Shown in pieces: positions 41,567 through 50,107 of a stretch of 64,000 bases of DNA. Every line of letters begins with the position of its first letter. Position 1 is the stretch's first letter. Made by a program: the position numbers and the translations under genes. The notes beneath the pieces are model-generated. The model saw only the letters and a list, made by a program, of their open reading frames with translations, had not been told where the DNA came from and did no database searches. Origin of the DNA: Chthoniobacterales bacterium (GTDB lineage: Bacteria > Verrucomicrobiota > Verrucomicrobiia > Chthoniobacterales > Chthoniobacteraceae); contig JBBQZX010000007.1 in the NCBI GenBank assembly GCA_038207335.1, positions 64,001 to 128,000 of the forward strand, in the 5' to 3' direction.

Positions 41567-42040
41567 TTACTTGGCGGCGGGTTCTTCCTTCCACGCCTTC
41601 AACTCAGGCTCCGTCCACGGTGTCTTTCGATCGGTGAATTTCTTGCGCGCGGCGGCCACGACATCAGCGGCGACGGCAGGCGCGATGTTGCCGAAATTGG
41701 AGCGGACGTAGGTCATCACGGCGGCGATTTTCTCGTCGGTGAGCATGGCTTCTTGGCCCGGCATGATGTTGTTGTAGGGCTTGCCTTCGACGGTCATCGG
41801 CCCGGCGTTTCCTTTCAAGATCATGGCTGCCATGCGCTCGGCAGGGCCATTGACGTATTCGGATTTTGTGAGCGGCGGGAATACTGGCGGGAGGCCGAGC
41901 CCGGTCGGCTGGTGGCACGCGAAGCAGACGGTCATGTAAACGGTCTTGCCCATCGCAACTTGCGCGGGCGGAGCGTCTTGTGCGGAGGCGGTGCTTAAGG
42001 TCGCGGCGACGGCGTAGGCGAGAGCGAGTAGGTTTTTCAT
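41567..42040 (-). CDS. Soluble periplasmic monoheme cytochrome c
   Basis: Signal peptide MKNLLALAYAVAATLSTASA; CFACH; NIMPG axial Met. Confidence 0.92.
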   Translation of the reverse strand: MKNLLALAYAVAATLSTASAQDAPPAQVAMGKTVYMTVCFACHQPTGLGLPPVFPPLTKSEYVNGPAERMAAMILKGNAGPMTVEGKPYNNIMPGQEAMLTDEKIAAVMTYVRSNFGNIAPAVAADVVAAARKKFTDRKTPWTEPELKAWKEEPAAK

Positions 42041-42704
42041 GGTGGAAAAGTGGTTACTGTGCGGGCGCTGGGGCGGCGGGTTCGGGCGCGGCAGGCGCGG
42101 GTGCTGGAATAGCGGGTGGCGCTGTCGGAGGAGGCTGCGAGGCAGGAGCCGGTGGCGCAATAGGCGGGGGTGGTGGCTCCGATTGAGCTGGTGCTGGAGC
42201 CCGTGGAACTGGCGCAGGTACGGGCATCGGAGCAAGGGCTGCTTCGGGCGTTGCCACGGCTGGCGGGATGGTTGGCGCTGCGGGAGCGGGTGTCGCTGGT
42301 ACGGCGGCCTCGGGCGCGGGCGCGGCACCGCCGAATGCTTTCAATTCCGGTTCCGTCCACGGCGTCTTGCGGTCGGCAAATTTCGCTCGCGCCGCCGCGA
42401 CGACGGCCGGCGAGACGGGCGGCGCGGAGTTGCCGAAATTAGCGCGGACGTAGGTCATCACCGCGGCAATCTTGTCATCGGTGAGCATCGCCTCCTGACC
42501 GGGCATCACGTTGTTGAAAGGCTTGCCTTCGACGGTCATCGGTCCGGCGTTCCCTTTCAGGATCATCGCCGCGAAACGCTCTTCAGGCCCGTTCGCGTAC
42601 TCGGACTTCACGAGCGGCGGGAAGACCATCGGCAGGCCGAGGCCTGTCGGCTGGTGGCACGCGAAGCAGACAGTCATATAGACCTGCTTGCCTTGCGCCA
42701 ATTG
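41591..42704 (-). repeat. Direct duplication of a cytochrome c domain (41591-41962 and 42333-42704)
   Basis: Two ungapped 124-codon segments; 20 amino-acid differences counted by eye. Confidence 0.9.
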
Positions 42705-43544
42705 CGCTGGGTCGGCAGAAGCGGGCGCGGGCATGGCTGCGGGCATTGGGGCTCCTTGAGCGGGAGTTCCAGCAATCAGGGGCGCGGGAGTCTCCGCTGC
42801 GGCAGCGGCAGGCGCGGGTGTGGCTGGCTTGGCTGCAGGCGCTGCACTCGGCGCGGCGTCGGCTTGTTCGTAGTTCGCATCCGCCGGAATTTGGAGTAGT
42901 TGCGCTTCCGTCCATGAGGCCGTCTGGTTCTCGAATTCCTTCTTCGCCGAGGTGACATCGGCCTCGGTCACTTCGGGCGCGGCATTTCCCCACTCCGAGC
43001 GGATGAAGCTCAAAACTGCAGCGATCTTTTTGTCGCTCAGATTCTTTTCCCACGGCGGCATGACGCCATTGAAAATTTGGCCTTCGACATGCACCGGGCC
43101 TTGTAGGCCTTTGAGCAAAATCGCGATCAGCCGCTTCTCGCCACCGAGCGCAAACTCGGACTTTACGAGCGGCGGAAATTGCCCCGGCACACCGAGCCCG
43201 TTTTGCTGGTGGCACGTCACGCAGTTCGCATAGACCGCCTTGCCCTGCTGCGCGAGCGTCAGCGTCGCGGCAGCTTCGGACTTTCCGCCGGCCTTTGCTG
43301 GCAGCGGAAAGAGCGCGGCAGGCGAACTTTCGTATTCGTTGTAGATATTCGACGAAAAACCCCCGTGGAATACGCCGAGGTAAGCACCCGCCCAAAGGAC
43401 TGCGACGCCGCAGACCGCGGTGAGCCACAGTGGGATCGGCGTGACGTTTGCCTTTGGGTCGCCGTGCTCGCGCTGGATGGCGGCATGCACTTCCGTGACG
43501 TCGTCGGTTTCGCGATAGTCGATGCGTTCAGGACCTTCGTTCAT
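42054..43544 (-). CDS. Membrane-anchored diheme cytochrome c (CcoP-like)
   Basis: N-terminal E..DP...TPIPLWL + TM; CVTCH and CFACH, each with a downstream MP; Pro/Ala linkers. Confidence 0.88.
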   Translation of the reverse strand: MNEGPERIDYRETDDVTEVHAAIQREHGDPKANVTPIPLWLTAVCGVAVLWAGAYLGVFHGGFSSNIYNEYESSPAALFPLPAKAGGKSEAAATLTLAQQGKAVYANCVTCHQQNGLGVPGQFPPLVKSEFALGGEKRLIAILLKGLQGPVHVEGQIFNGVMPPWEKNLSDKKIAAVLSFIRSEWGNAAPEVTEADVTSAKKEFENQTASWTEAQLLQIPADANYEQADAAPSAAPAAKPATPAPAAAAAETPAPLIAGTPAQGAPMPAAMPAPASADPAQLAQGKQVYMTVCFACHQPTGLGLPMVFPPLVKSEYANGPEERFAAMILKGNAGPMTVEGKPFNNVMPGQEAMLTDDKIAAVMTYVRANFGNSAPPVSPAVVAAARAKFADRKTPWTEPELKAFGGAAPAPEAAVPATPAPAAPTIPPAVATPEAALAPMPVPAPVPRAPAPAQSEPPPPPIAPPAPASQPPPTAPPAIPAPAPAAPEPAAPAPAQ

Positions 43545-43560
43545 TCTCGGAAATCTTTGG

Positions 43561-44214
43561 TTACTTCGCCGGCGCCAGCGCGCCTTTGACTTCCTTCAAG
43601 GGATGGGTGGAATCGAGCGAAAGGAGGTAAGCGACGAGCTGGCGGGCCTCGGCTTTTGGCACGATCTCGTACCCATCTTTCGTCGCGACATTCAAGGCAT
43701 CGACCGACCGCTGGCCGCTGATCTTCCGCGTCTCGAAAAGGTATCGGTAGGGCGGCATGTTCGACTCATGCACGATCACGGTGGGCTGATAGAGATGGAG
43801 GTAATGCCATGCGGCATCTCGGCGCGCAGGTTTGCGCGGGTCGTTGATGTCTTCGTTGCGCCACTCTTTCGTCCCAACATCGGTCAGGTCCGGGCCGAGC
43901 CGCATGTTACCGAGAAATGTGGGATTTTTATAAATGTAGTCCCGTGCGACGGTGCGCCGAGCTCCCCACCCGCGCTCGATGTCGAGGCCGTTTTGCGGGT
44001 CGCGAATTTGCTGCGAATGGCAGTAGAAGCAACCTTCGGAGGCATAGACCTCGCGGCCTTTGCGGGGATTGTAAACGGGATATACATCGCCCGCGTCTTC
44101 ATCGACCTGCGGCTGGAGCCCGCCCAACTGCACCTGCGGCACGAGCACGAGCGCAAAGCAGGAGATCGCGAACGATCCGAAGATTCCGGCGAAGAGATAG
44201 GATGAGCGGCTCAT
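43561..44214 (-). CDS. ccoO: cbb3-type oxidase subunit II-like monoheme cytochrome
   Basis: GREVYASEGCFYCHSQQIR, RLGPDL..VG, WHYLHLYQP, SNMPPY. Confidence 0.9.
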   Translation of the reverse strand: MSRSSYLFAGIFGSFAISCFALVLVPQVQLGGLQPQVDEDAGDVYPVYNPRKGREVYASEGCFYCHSQQIRDPQNGLDIERGWGARRTVARDYIYKNPTFLGNMRLGPDLTDVGTKEWRNEDINDPRKPARRDAAWHYLHLYQPTVIVHESNMPPYRYLFETRKISGQRSVDALNVATKDGYEIVPKAEARQLVAYLLSLDSTHPLKEVKGALAPAK

Positions 44215-45708
44215 TTAATGTTTCTCCTCTCCAGGGACCGCGAAGAGTGTCGGCGCGCCGCCCGGTTGTCCGATCCGCAGCAGCATGAGCAGGAAGTGGA
44301 GCGCGAAGATGATGTGCGCGATGGCTACAAAGCCAATCGCGAGTGTGTGACCGGCGAGATAGACTTGGCCGATGCCGATGACTTGGGTGAAGGTCGCCTC
44401 CGGATCGATCATCGCAAGGCCGGCGGCGAGACCGGAGAAGGCAAGCATGGCGATGAGGACTCCGCCGCCGTAAGCCGCTCCCCAGAAGTGGAGCTTGATG
44501 AGTGTGGAGGAAAGCCACTCGCAGCCGACGAGACGCGGCGTGATGTAATAGATCGCGCCGAACATGATCATCGAGAAGAACGCGTAGATGACCAGTTGAT
44601 GCTGCGCGGCTTGGAACTGCGTGAAGTGGACGATGCTATCGACGCTTCGGAGCGAGGTGAGGATTCCCACGACACTGGCGACCGCAAAAGCCACGGTGCC
44701 AAAGTAGGTGAAGCGGATGGTGGGAGAGTAATAGACCATCTGCGTGTGGCCGCGCATCGTGAAGATGAGGTTGGTCGTCACGGTTGCGATGGGCACGAGC
44801 ATCATGAGGCTCGCCGCGATGCTCACGGTCGCGAGCCATGCGGGGATCGGGCCACCGCTGAGACGCACCATCGCGGTGAGTCCGCCGAAAAGTGCAAATG
44901 TCCAGAAGCCGATAGTCGCGAGGTTGTAGCTGTAGATCGGCGTGTTGACGACTTTCGGAATGAGGTAGTAGGCCGCGGCCAGACCGATGGCGGTGAACCA
45001 CAGGACGAGGATACTTTGCGAATACCACGCGGCGACGACGCTCTGCATGACTCCTTGGAGCTGTGGCAAGCCGTTTAGGAGCTGCGCGACGCCGAAGAGC
45101 CACGGGAACCAGAAGAAGGCGCCGAGCAGATACCAGACAGAAATATAGACGGGCGATTTGCGGCGGAAGCGGTAAAGGATCGCGCCCCACAGACCGACGA
45201 GGACGTATCCTAGGAACATGATCGCCGCCGCGGCACGGGGGATCTCCATGCCTTCGATGCCGGAGGTTTTACCAGCGAGGATGCAGAGGATGCCGATGAC
45301 TAGGCCGAGATTCCAAAGCAACGCGCCGAAAACGAGAAAGCCAGGGTAGCGGATGGAGACGCGACAGAGTCGCGACATGAGCCAGATGCCGACGCCCATT
45401 CCAGCGAGGCTGGCCCAGCCGTAGGTCAGGGTGAGATTGTAAGCCGGGGCGATGCGGCCGTACGTGAGCCACGAGCAATCGGCGAGGAAGCCGGGGTGGT
45501 GGAGCTTCACCGAGGTGATGAAGCCGAACACGGTGGAGAGGAGGAGCCAGCCGATCGCGGTGGTGAAGAAGAGCAGCACCGGGCCCGCTGCGGCGGCGTC
45601 GATCGTCGCGCGTTCTATGGATACTTTGGCCTTCGCCGCTTGGGCGGGCACGGCCTCGATCGCGACGGCCGTTGTCGGTTTGATTTCTGGAGCGGCGACG
45701 GCGGTCAT
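44215..45708 (-). CDS. CcoN (cbb3 subunit I) homologue lacking the heme/CuB histidines
   Basis: About 12 TM; YGRI.P, E..E loop, YISVWY, YY.IPK...PIYSY, HFT, IYYITPRL, HFW match CcoN, but the ligand positions read Y, Q, VR and QxQ. Confidence 0.85.
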   Translation of the reverse strand: MTAVAAPEIKPTTAVAIEAVPAQAAKAKVSIERATIDAAAAGPVLLFFTTAIGWLLLSTVFGFITSVKLHHPGFLADCSWLTYGRIAPAYNLTLTYGWASLAGMGVGIWLMSRLCRVSIRYPGFLVFGALLWNLGLVIGILCILAGKTSGIEGMEIPRAAAAIMFLGYVLVGLWGAILYRFRRKSPVYISVWYLLGAFFWFPWLFGVAQLLNGLPQLQGVMQSVVAAWYSQSILVLWFTAIGLAAAYYLIPKVVNTPIYSYNLATIGFWTFALFGGLTAMVRLSGGPIPAWLATVSIAASLMMLVPIATVTTNLIFTMRGHTQMVYYSPTIRFTYFGTVAFAVASVVGILTSLRSVDSIVHFTQFQAAQHQLVIYAFFSMIMFGAIYYITPRLVGCEWLSSTLIKLHFWGAAYGGGVLIAMLAFSGLAAGLAMIDPEATFTQVIGIGQVYLAGHTLAIGFVAIAHIIFALHFLLMLLRIGQPGGAPTLFAVPGEEKH

Positions 45709-46199
45709 TTTTTGGTCTCGATGGGAGCGGGAAGAGCGGCGGGCGCGGCAGCGGCGGCAGGTGACGGGGCAGTCTCAAAGCGAATGGTATCCGCGCCTTG
45801 CGGGGATGACGGGAGCGCGGGTGGCGCGGGCTCTTTGGCGTCGGGGTCGTAGGGCGCAGGCATCGGGAGCGCGGGCTCGACTTTGACTTGGGAAGCCGCG
45901 GGTTTCTTGGAGTTCAGTTCGGCAAGCACGAGCTTGCGGGCATCGGCGAGCGGGATGTGCGCGACTCCTTTCGCCTTGTCCACCCAGCCAACGGTGCCGA
46001 GGCGTTCGTCGTCGGCTTTTTGAAGCGCTTCGCGCTTCTCGATGCGAGCGGCGGCACGATTGTCTTCGACCTGGCCGAGAGGGGCGCCGTTTCTCGCCCA
46101 GATACAGACTACGAGGGCGAAGATAATGAAGAAGAAGATCGCCCAAACGAAGGTCAGGAAACCGCTGGGCTTGGCATGAGGTGTTTCTTCGATCGTCAT
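45705..46199 (-). CDS. Single-TM accessory subunit, ActG-like
   Basis: Follows actF; one TM helix; GWVDKAKGVAHIPLADA motif; Pro-rich tail. Confidence 0.6.
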   Translation of the reverse strand: MTIEETPHAKPSGFLTFVWAIFFFIIFALVVCIWARNGAPLGQVEDNRAAARIEKREALQKADDERLGTVGWVDKAKGVAHIPLADARKLVLAELNSKKPAASQVKVEPALPMPAPYDPDAKEPAPPALPSSPQGADTIRFETAPSPAAAAAPAALPAPIETKK

Positions 46200-46200
46200 G

Positions 46201-47403
46201 TCAGTTGGTCAGTTTGATAGACGCTGCGAGCCGCGGGTCGCGGGTGGGGAAGAGATAGGTCGCCCCGAGGTTTTTGAAAAACAGCCACACGAGGATCGCG
46301 CCGATTCCAACGAGCGGGAGCAGGTCGAAAACGCTGGGTGATGCGCCTGTCGAGTGCAGCGCGGGGAGGACGACGACGTAGATGTCGATCATGTGGATGA
46401 AGAGAATCCAGCCGGCGACCATGCAGAGGTAGCGCGGCTTTTTCTTTGTCCACTGAAGTAGCAAAACTGGGAAAGGCAGGAAGAATCGTCCGACTACGAG
46501 CAGGGTGCTAAAATACCACCAGCTGTTGGTGTTGCGAATCTGGAAGTAGATCGTCTCTTCCGGGATATTCGCATACCAGATGAGCATGTACTGGCTGAAG
46601 CCGATGTAGGCCCAAAAAATGGTGAAGGTGAGCATGAACTTGCCCATGATGTGGTAGTGCTCGAGCGTGACCACGTTCAGATGCCCGCGAATCTTTAGCC
46701 AAGTGATGATGAGCACGAGCAGGGACATGGAGCTGCCCGCTGCACCGGCGAAGAGATAGACACCCCACATGGTCGAGAACCAGTGGTAGTTCAGGCTCAT
46801 CAACCAATCGACTCCAGAGAATGTGATGCCGAGAGCTACAGCGAAAATGCCCGCGACTCCCAACTTCCGCATCGCAAAACTATGCCTCGCCGCTCCATCT
46901 TTGTCTTGGAGAGTAGAGTGGCGCTTGAGTCCGAATGCGATGCCTCCGAGAGCAAGGAAATAAACGGCGGCGCGGATAAGGAAGAACGGCTTCGAGAGGT
47001 ACGGCTGCTTGGCGTCCAGTAACGGATCGATGCCCGGGCTAAGGTTCCACCATTTAAACAGGATGCCAGCGCAGAGCAGGATCGGGATGAAGAACAGGAC
47101 GAAGTACGGGATAAGGCTCGCGACGTTTTCCAACTGTCGCCGGACGACGACCGACCACTCCGCATCGGTGGCGTGATGGAGGCAAATCCAGAAAAGCGTC
47201 CCAACGCAAATCGTGAAGAAGTAGGTGAAGGCGAAGAGCCATGAGAACGCGAACTGCGGACGCCAGCCGGGGACGATGAGACCAATGAAGCTCAACAGGA
47301 TCGCGACCGCGCCGACGCCGAGCAAGATAGTCGGCAGGCCACCGAGTTTCTTGATATCGAACTTCTCGGCTACGGGAACAGGAGTGTCGTGTGAGTCGCT
47401 CAT
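46201..47403 (-). CDS. actF: Alternative complex III subunit F
   Basis: About 10 TM; A.WSVVVRR..E, DWLMSL..HWFSTMWG, FSQYMLIWYANIPEET. Confidence 0.92.
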   Translation of the reverse strand: MSDSHDTPVPVAEKFDIKKLGGLPTILLGVGAVAILLSFIGLIVPGWRPQFAFSWLFAFTYFFTICVGTLFWICLHHATDAEWSVVVRRQLENVASLIPYFVLFFIPILLCAGILFKWWNLSPGIDPLLDAKQPYLSKPFFLIRAAVYFLALGGIAFGLKRHSTLQDKDGAARHSFAMRKLGVAGIFAVALGITFSGVDWLMSLNYHWFSTMWGVYLFAGAAGSSMSLLVLIITWLKIRGHLNVVTLEHYHIMGKFMLTFTIFWAYIGFSQYMLIWYANIPEETIYFQIRNTNSWWYFSTLLVVGRFFLPFPVLLLQWTKKKPRYLCMVAGWILFIHMIDIYVVVLPALHSTGASPSVFDLLPLVGIGAILVWLFFKNLGATYLFPTRDPRLAASIKLTN

Positions 47404-48089
47404 TGCTTCTTTTCCTGCTGCAATTCTTTCTGCTGCGCCTCGGATAGATCGGCGAGCTTCGCATTTTGGCTGCGCTGGAGCGTGCGCAGGTAGCTCACGA
47501 TGGCCCAGCGATCTTCCACCGCGATCTGCGGACCGTAGGCACCCATCGTGTTCTTGCCGTTGGTGATCGTGCTAAAAATCTGACCGTCGGGCATCGTGCG
47601 GATTCGCTCGTCTTGCAGGTTTGCCACCGTGGCCCAGTTGCCGATTTGCTGGACGATTCCGTTGCCCATGGCGGTGTGGCCGTGGCAGACGGCGCAGTTG
47701 ATGTCGAAGCGCTGCTGGCCTCGCTGTATCAGCTTGTCGGTGACTTCGAGCGGGAAACCGTCGCCATAGACGTCGCCGAACTTGCCGGTGTTGTAATAGT
47801 CGGGCTGGTTGCTGAATCCCTCCTGCGCGAGCGTTCCGTTCTTTGCTCCGGCTTGAAGGTATCGGCCCGGCAGGCTGTAGCCGATCGGCACCGTTCCGGC
47901 GACGGGTTTGCGCTCGGCACTGCCGTCAGCGAAGAAGCCGCTCGTGTGCTGTGGCTGATACTTTGGCTGACGATCCATGTCCGGGAAAATCTCGAGCGGA
48001 GGCAGCTCGCTCTTTGCGCCGCGGAAGCCGGCGAGGGCGATCACCGCGCAGGTTATTAAGAGAAATGAGGCGAAGAAATAACGAAGCAT
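47400..48089 (-). CDS. actE: Alternative complex III monoheme subunit E
   Basis: PDMDRQPKYQPQ..S.FFADG, PV.GTVP, RG...F.INCAVCHG, MGAYG, DRWAIVSY. Confidence 0.92.
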   Translation of the reverse strand: MLRYFFASFLLITCAVIALAGFRGAKSELPPLEIFPDMDRQPKYQPQHTSGFFADGSAERKPVAGTVPIGYSLPGRYLQAGAKNGTLAQEGFSNQPDYYNTGKFGDVYGDGFPLEVTDKLIQRGQQRFDINCAVCHGHTAMGNGIVQQIGNWATVANLQDERIRTMPDGQIFSTITNGKNTMGAYGPQIAVEDRWAIVSYLRTLQRSQNAKLADLSEAQQKELQQEKKQ

Positions 48090-48102
48090 GTGGCCTTAGT
48101 TT

Positions 48103-48648
48103 CTAGTCGTGGATGAGGGTCACGTGCTTGCCGCCGATGCCTTCGAGAAGCTCGCGAGTCTTGGACTCCGAGAACTTCGGATCACGGGCTTCGATGACGA
48201 CGAAGAAGCCATCGTCGGTCGCGCGCTTGAAGCGCTCCCAGTTAAAGACCGGATGATACCACTTCGGCAGTTGGTTCATGATGAGCAGCGCGAAGACTGT
48301 GGCGAATGCCGAGCAAAGGATCGTGAGCTCGAAGAAGATCGGGAAAAAGGCGGGGACCGTGCGCCAATCGAACGGCTTGCCATGCACGATGAGCGGGTAA
48401 ATTCCCCACGAAGGAATGAAGGTGAGGCAAACTGCGGTGAGCAGACCGGTGATTCCGCCGCAAAGGACCGCAGCGGAAAGCCATGACTTGCCGAGACCCA
48501 TCGCGCTGTCCATGCCATGCACGGGAAATGGGGAGTGGACATCCCAGCGTTTGAAGCCGGCGTCGCGCACTTTTTCAGCGGCGATCATGAGGTCGGCGGC
48601 TGTGTCGAACTCCGCGCCCAATCCATATACTTTACGGTATTCAGCCAT
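48103..48648 (-). CDS. actD: Alternative complex III subunit D (DUF3341)
   Basis: AEFD, DVHSPFPVHGMD.AMG, GKP, PIFFELTIL, ATDDGF. Confidence 0.92.
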   Translation of the reverse strand: MAEYRKVYGLGAEFDTAADLMIAAEKVRDAGFKRWDVHSPFPVHGMDSAMGLGKSWLSAAVLCGGITGLLTAVCLTFIPSWGIYPLIVHGKPFDWRTVPAFFPIFFELTILCSAFATVFALLIMNQLPKWYHPVFNWERFKRATDDGFFVVIEARDPKFSESKTRELLEGIGGKHVTLIHD

Positions 48649-48658
48649 GTCGTTTGAC

Positions 48659-50107
48659 TTAGGAATGGTGAGCGTTTGTGCCGACGCCGGAACCGGGCTT
48701 GCGTTGATGCGGGTCAGCTTCTGGAGTGACGATTTTAACCTCGGACATCGCGATCATCGGGAGGAAGCGCATGAAGAGTAGGAAGAGAGTCAAAAAGATG
48801 CCGAAGGTGCCGACGAAGGTCCAAATTTCGACCCATGAAGGCGAGTAGTGCCGCCACGAGGACGGCAGGAAATCCTGAGCCAGCGAGGTTACGATGATGA
48901 CGAATCGCTCGAACCACATGCCAGTATTGACGAACATGCAGACGATGAAGACGACGATGTAGTTCGACCGTGCCCATTTCAGCCAGAAAATCTGCGGCGA
49001 AAGGACGTTGCATGTCATCATGCAATAGTAGGCCCATGAGTACCAGCCGGAGTTGTTGATGCCGATGCGTGCATGGAAGAAGGTAAACATCTCGAACTTG
49101 TTCGCGCTATACCACGCGATGAAGAGTTCCATCAGATACGCGTATCCGACGATGCTGCCTGTCAGCAGGATGATCTTCGCCATTTTATCGACATGCTGAC
49201 GGGTCAGGAGATCGTCGAGCTGCGGATAAAGAAGCCTGGCCGGAAGCAGGATGGTGAGCACCATTGCGAAGCCGCCGAAGATTGCGCCCGCGACGAAGTA
49301 AGGCGGGAAGATGGTGGTGTGCCAGCCGGGTAGGATGGATGTGGCAAAGTCGAAGGAGACGACGGAATGCACGGAGAGCACGAGCGGAGTGCTGATGCCG
49401 GCCAGGATGAGATAGGCCATCTCGTAGTGGCGCCATTGGCGGTTCGAGCCGCGCCAGCCCAAGGCGAAGATGCCGTAGAGGTAGCGGGAGACGCGGTTTT
49501 TCGCGCGGTCGCGCAAGGTCGCGAGATCGGGGACGAGGCCGGTATACCAGAAGAGGACGGAGACGGTGAAGTAGGTCGAGACTGCAAAGACGTCCCAGAG
49601 CAGCGGAGAGCGGAAGTTTGGCCAGATGGCGTTGCCGTTCGGAACGGGTGCCAGAAACCACGCCATCCAAACACGACCGACGTGGATGCCGGGGAAGATG
49701 CCGGCGCAGACGACGGCGAAGAGCGTCATGGCCTCGGAGGCGCGGTTGATGGAGGTGCGCCACTTTTGCCGGGTCAGGAAAAGCACGGCGGAAATGAGCG
49801 TGCCGGCGTGGCCGATGCCGATCCAGAAGACGAAGTTCGTGATGTCCCACGCCCAGCCGACGGTCTTGTTTTCCCCCCACATACCGACGCCGTTGGAGAT
49901 TTGCAGGCCGATACAGAAGAGGCCGAAGAGCGCAACCGGGGTCGTGATCAGCATCGCGAGCCACCACCAGAGCGGGGTGCGCGATTCGACGATGCTCGAG
50001 ACATTGTCTGAAATCCACGAGAGCGAGCGGTCGTTCTGCACCAACGGAACTTTGACGAGTTCCGGCTGAGTCGTGAGGGAAACTGTGGGGGCGTCGGCTT
50101 CAGTCAT
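48659..50107 (-). CDS. actC: Alternative complex III subunit C (NrfD/PsrC family)
   Basis: [66 protein letters not shown]. Confidence 0.95.
   Translation of the reverse strand: MTEADAPTVSLTTQPELVKVPLVQNDRSLSWISDNVSSIVESRTPLWWWLAMLITTPVALFGLFCIGLQISNGVGMWGENKTVGWAWDITNFVFWIGIGHAGTLISAVLFLTRQKWRTSINRASEAMTLFAVVCAGIFPGIHVGRVWMAWFLAPVPNGNAIWPNFRSPLLWDVFAVSTYFTVSVLFWYTGLVPDLATLRDRAKNRVSRYLYGIFALGWRGSNRQWRHYEMAYLILAGISTPLVLSVHSVVSFDFATSILPGWHTTIFPPYFVAGAIFGGFAMVLTILLPARLLYPQLDDLLTRQHVDKMAKIILLTGSIVGYAYLMELFIAWYSANKFEMFTFFHARIGINNSGWYSWAYYCMMTCNVLSPQIFWLKWARSNYIVVFIVCMFVNTGMWFERFVIIVTSLAQDFLPSSWRHYSPSWVEIWTFVGTFGIFLTLFLLFMRFLPMIAMSEVKIVTPEADPHQRKPGSGVGTNAHHS

Noticed and set aside
42054..42330. Pro/Ala low-complexity repeats
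   Set aside because: Ordinary flexible linker or tail of the cytochrome
44215..45708. Calling this a functional cbb3 oxidase, a NorB, or a pseudogene
   Set aside because: All six His ligands are absent, so it is not a working oxidase or NO reductase; the frame is full length and coupled to its neighbours, so it is not an evident pseudogene
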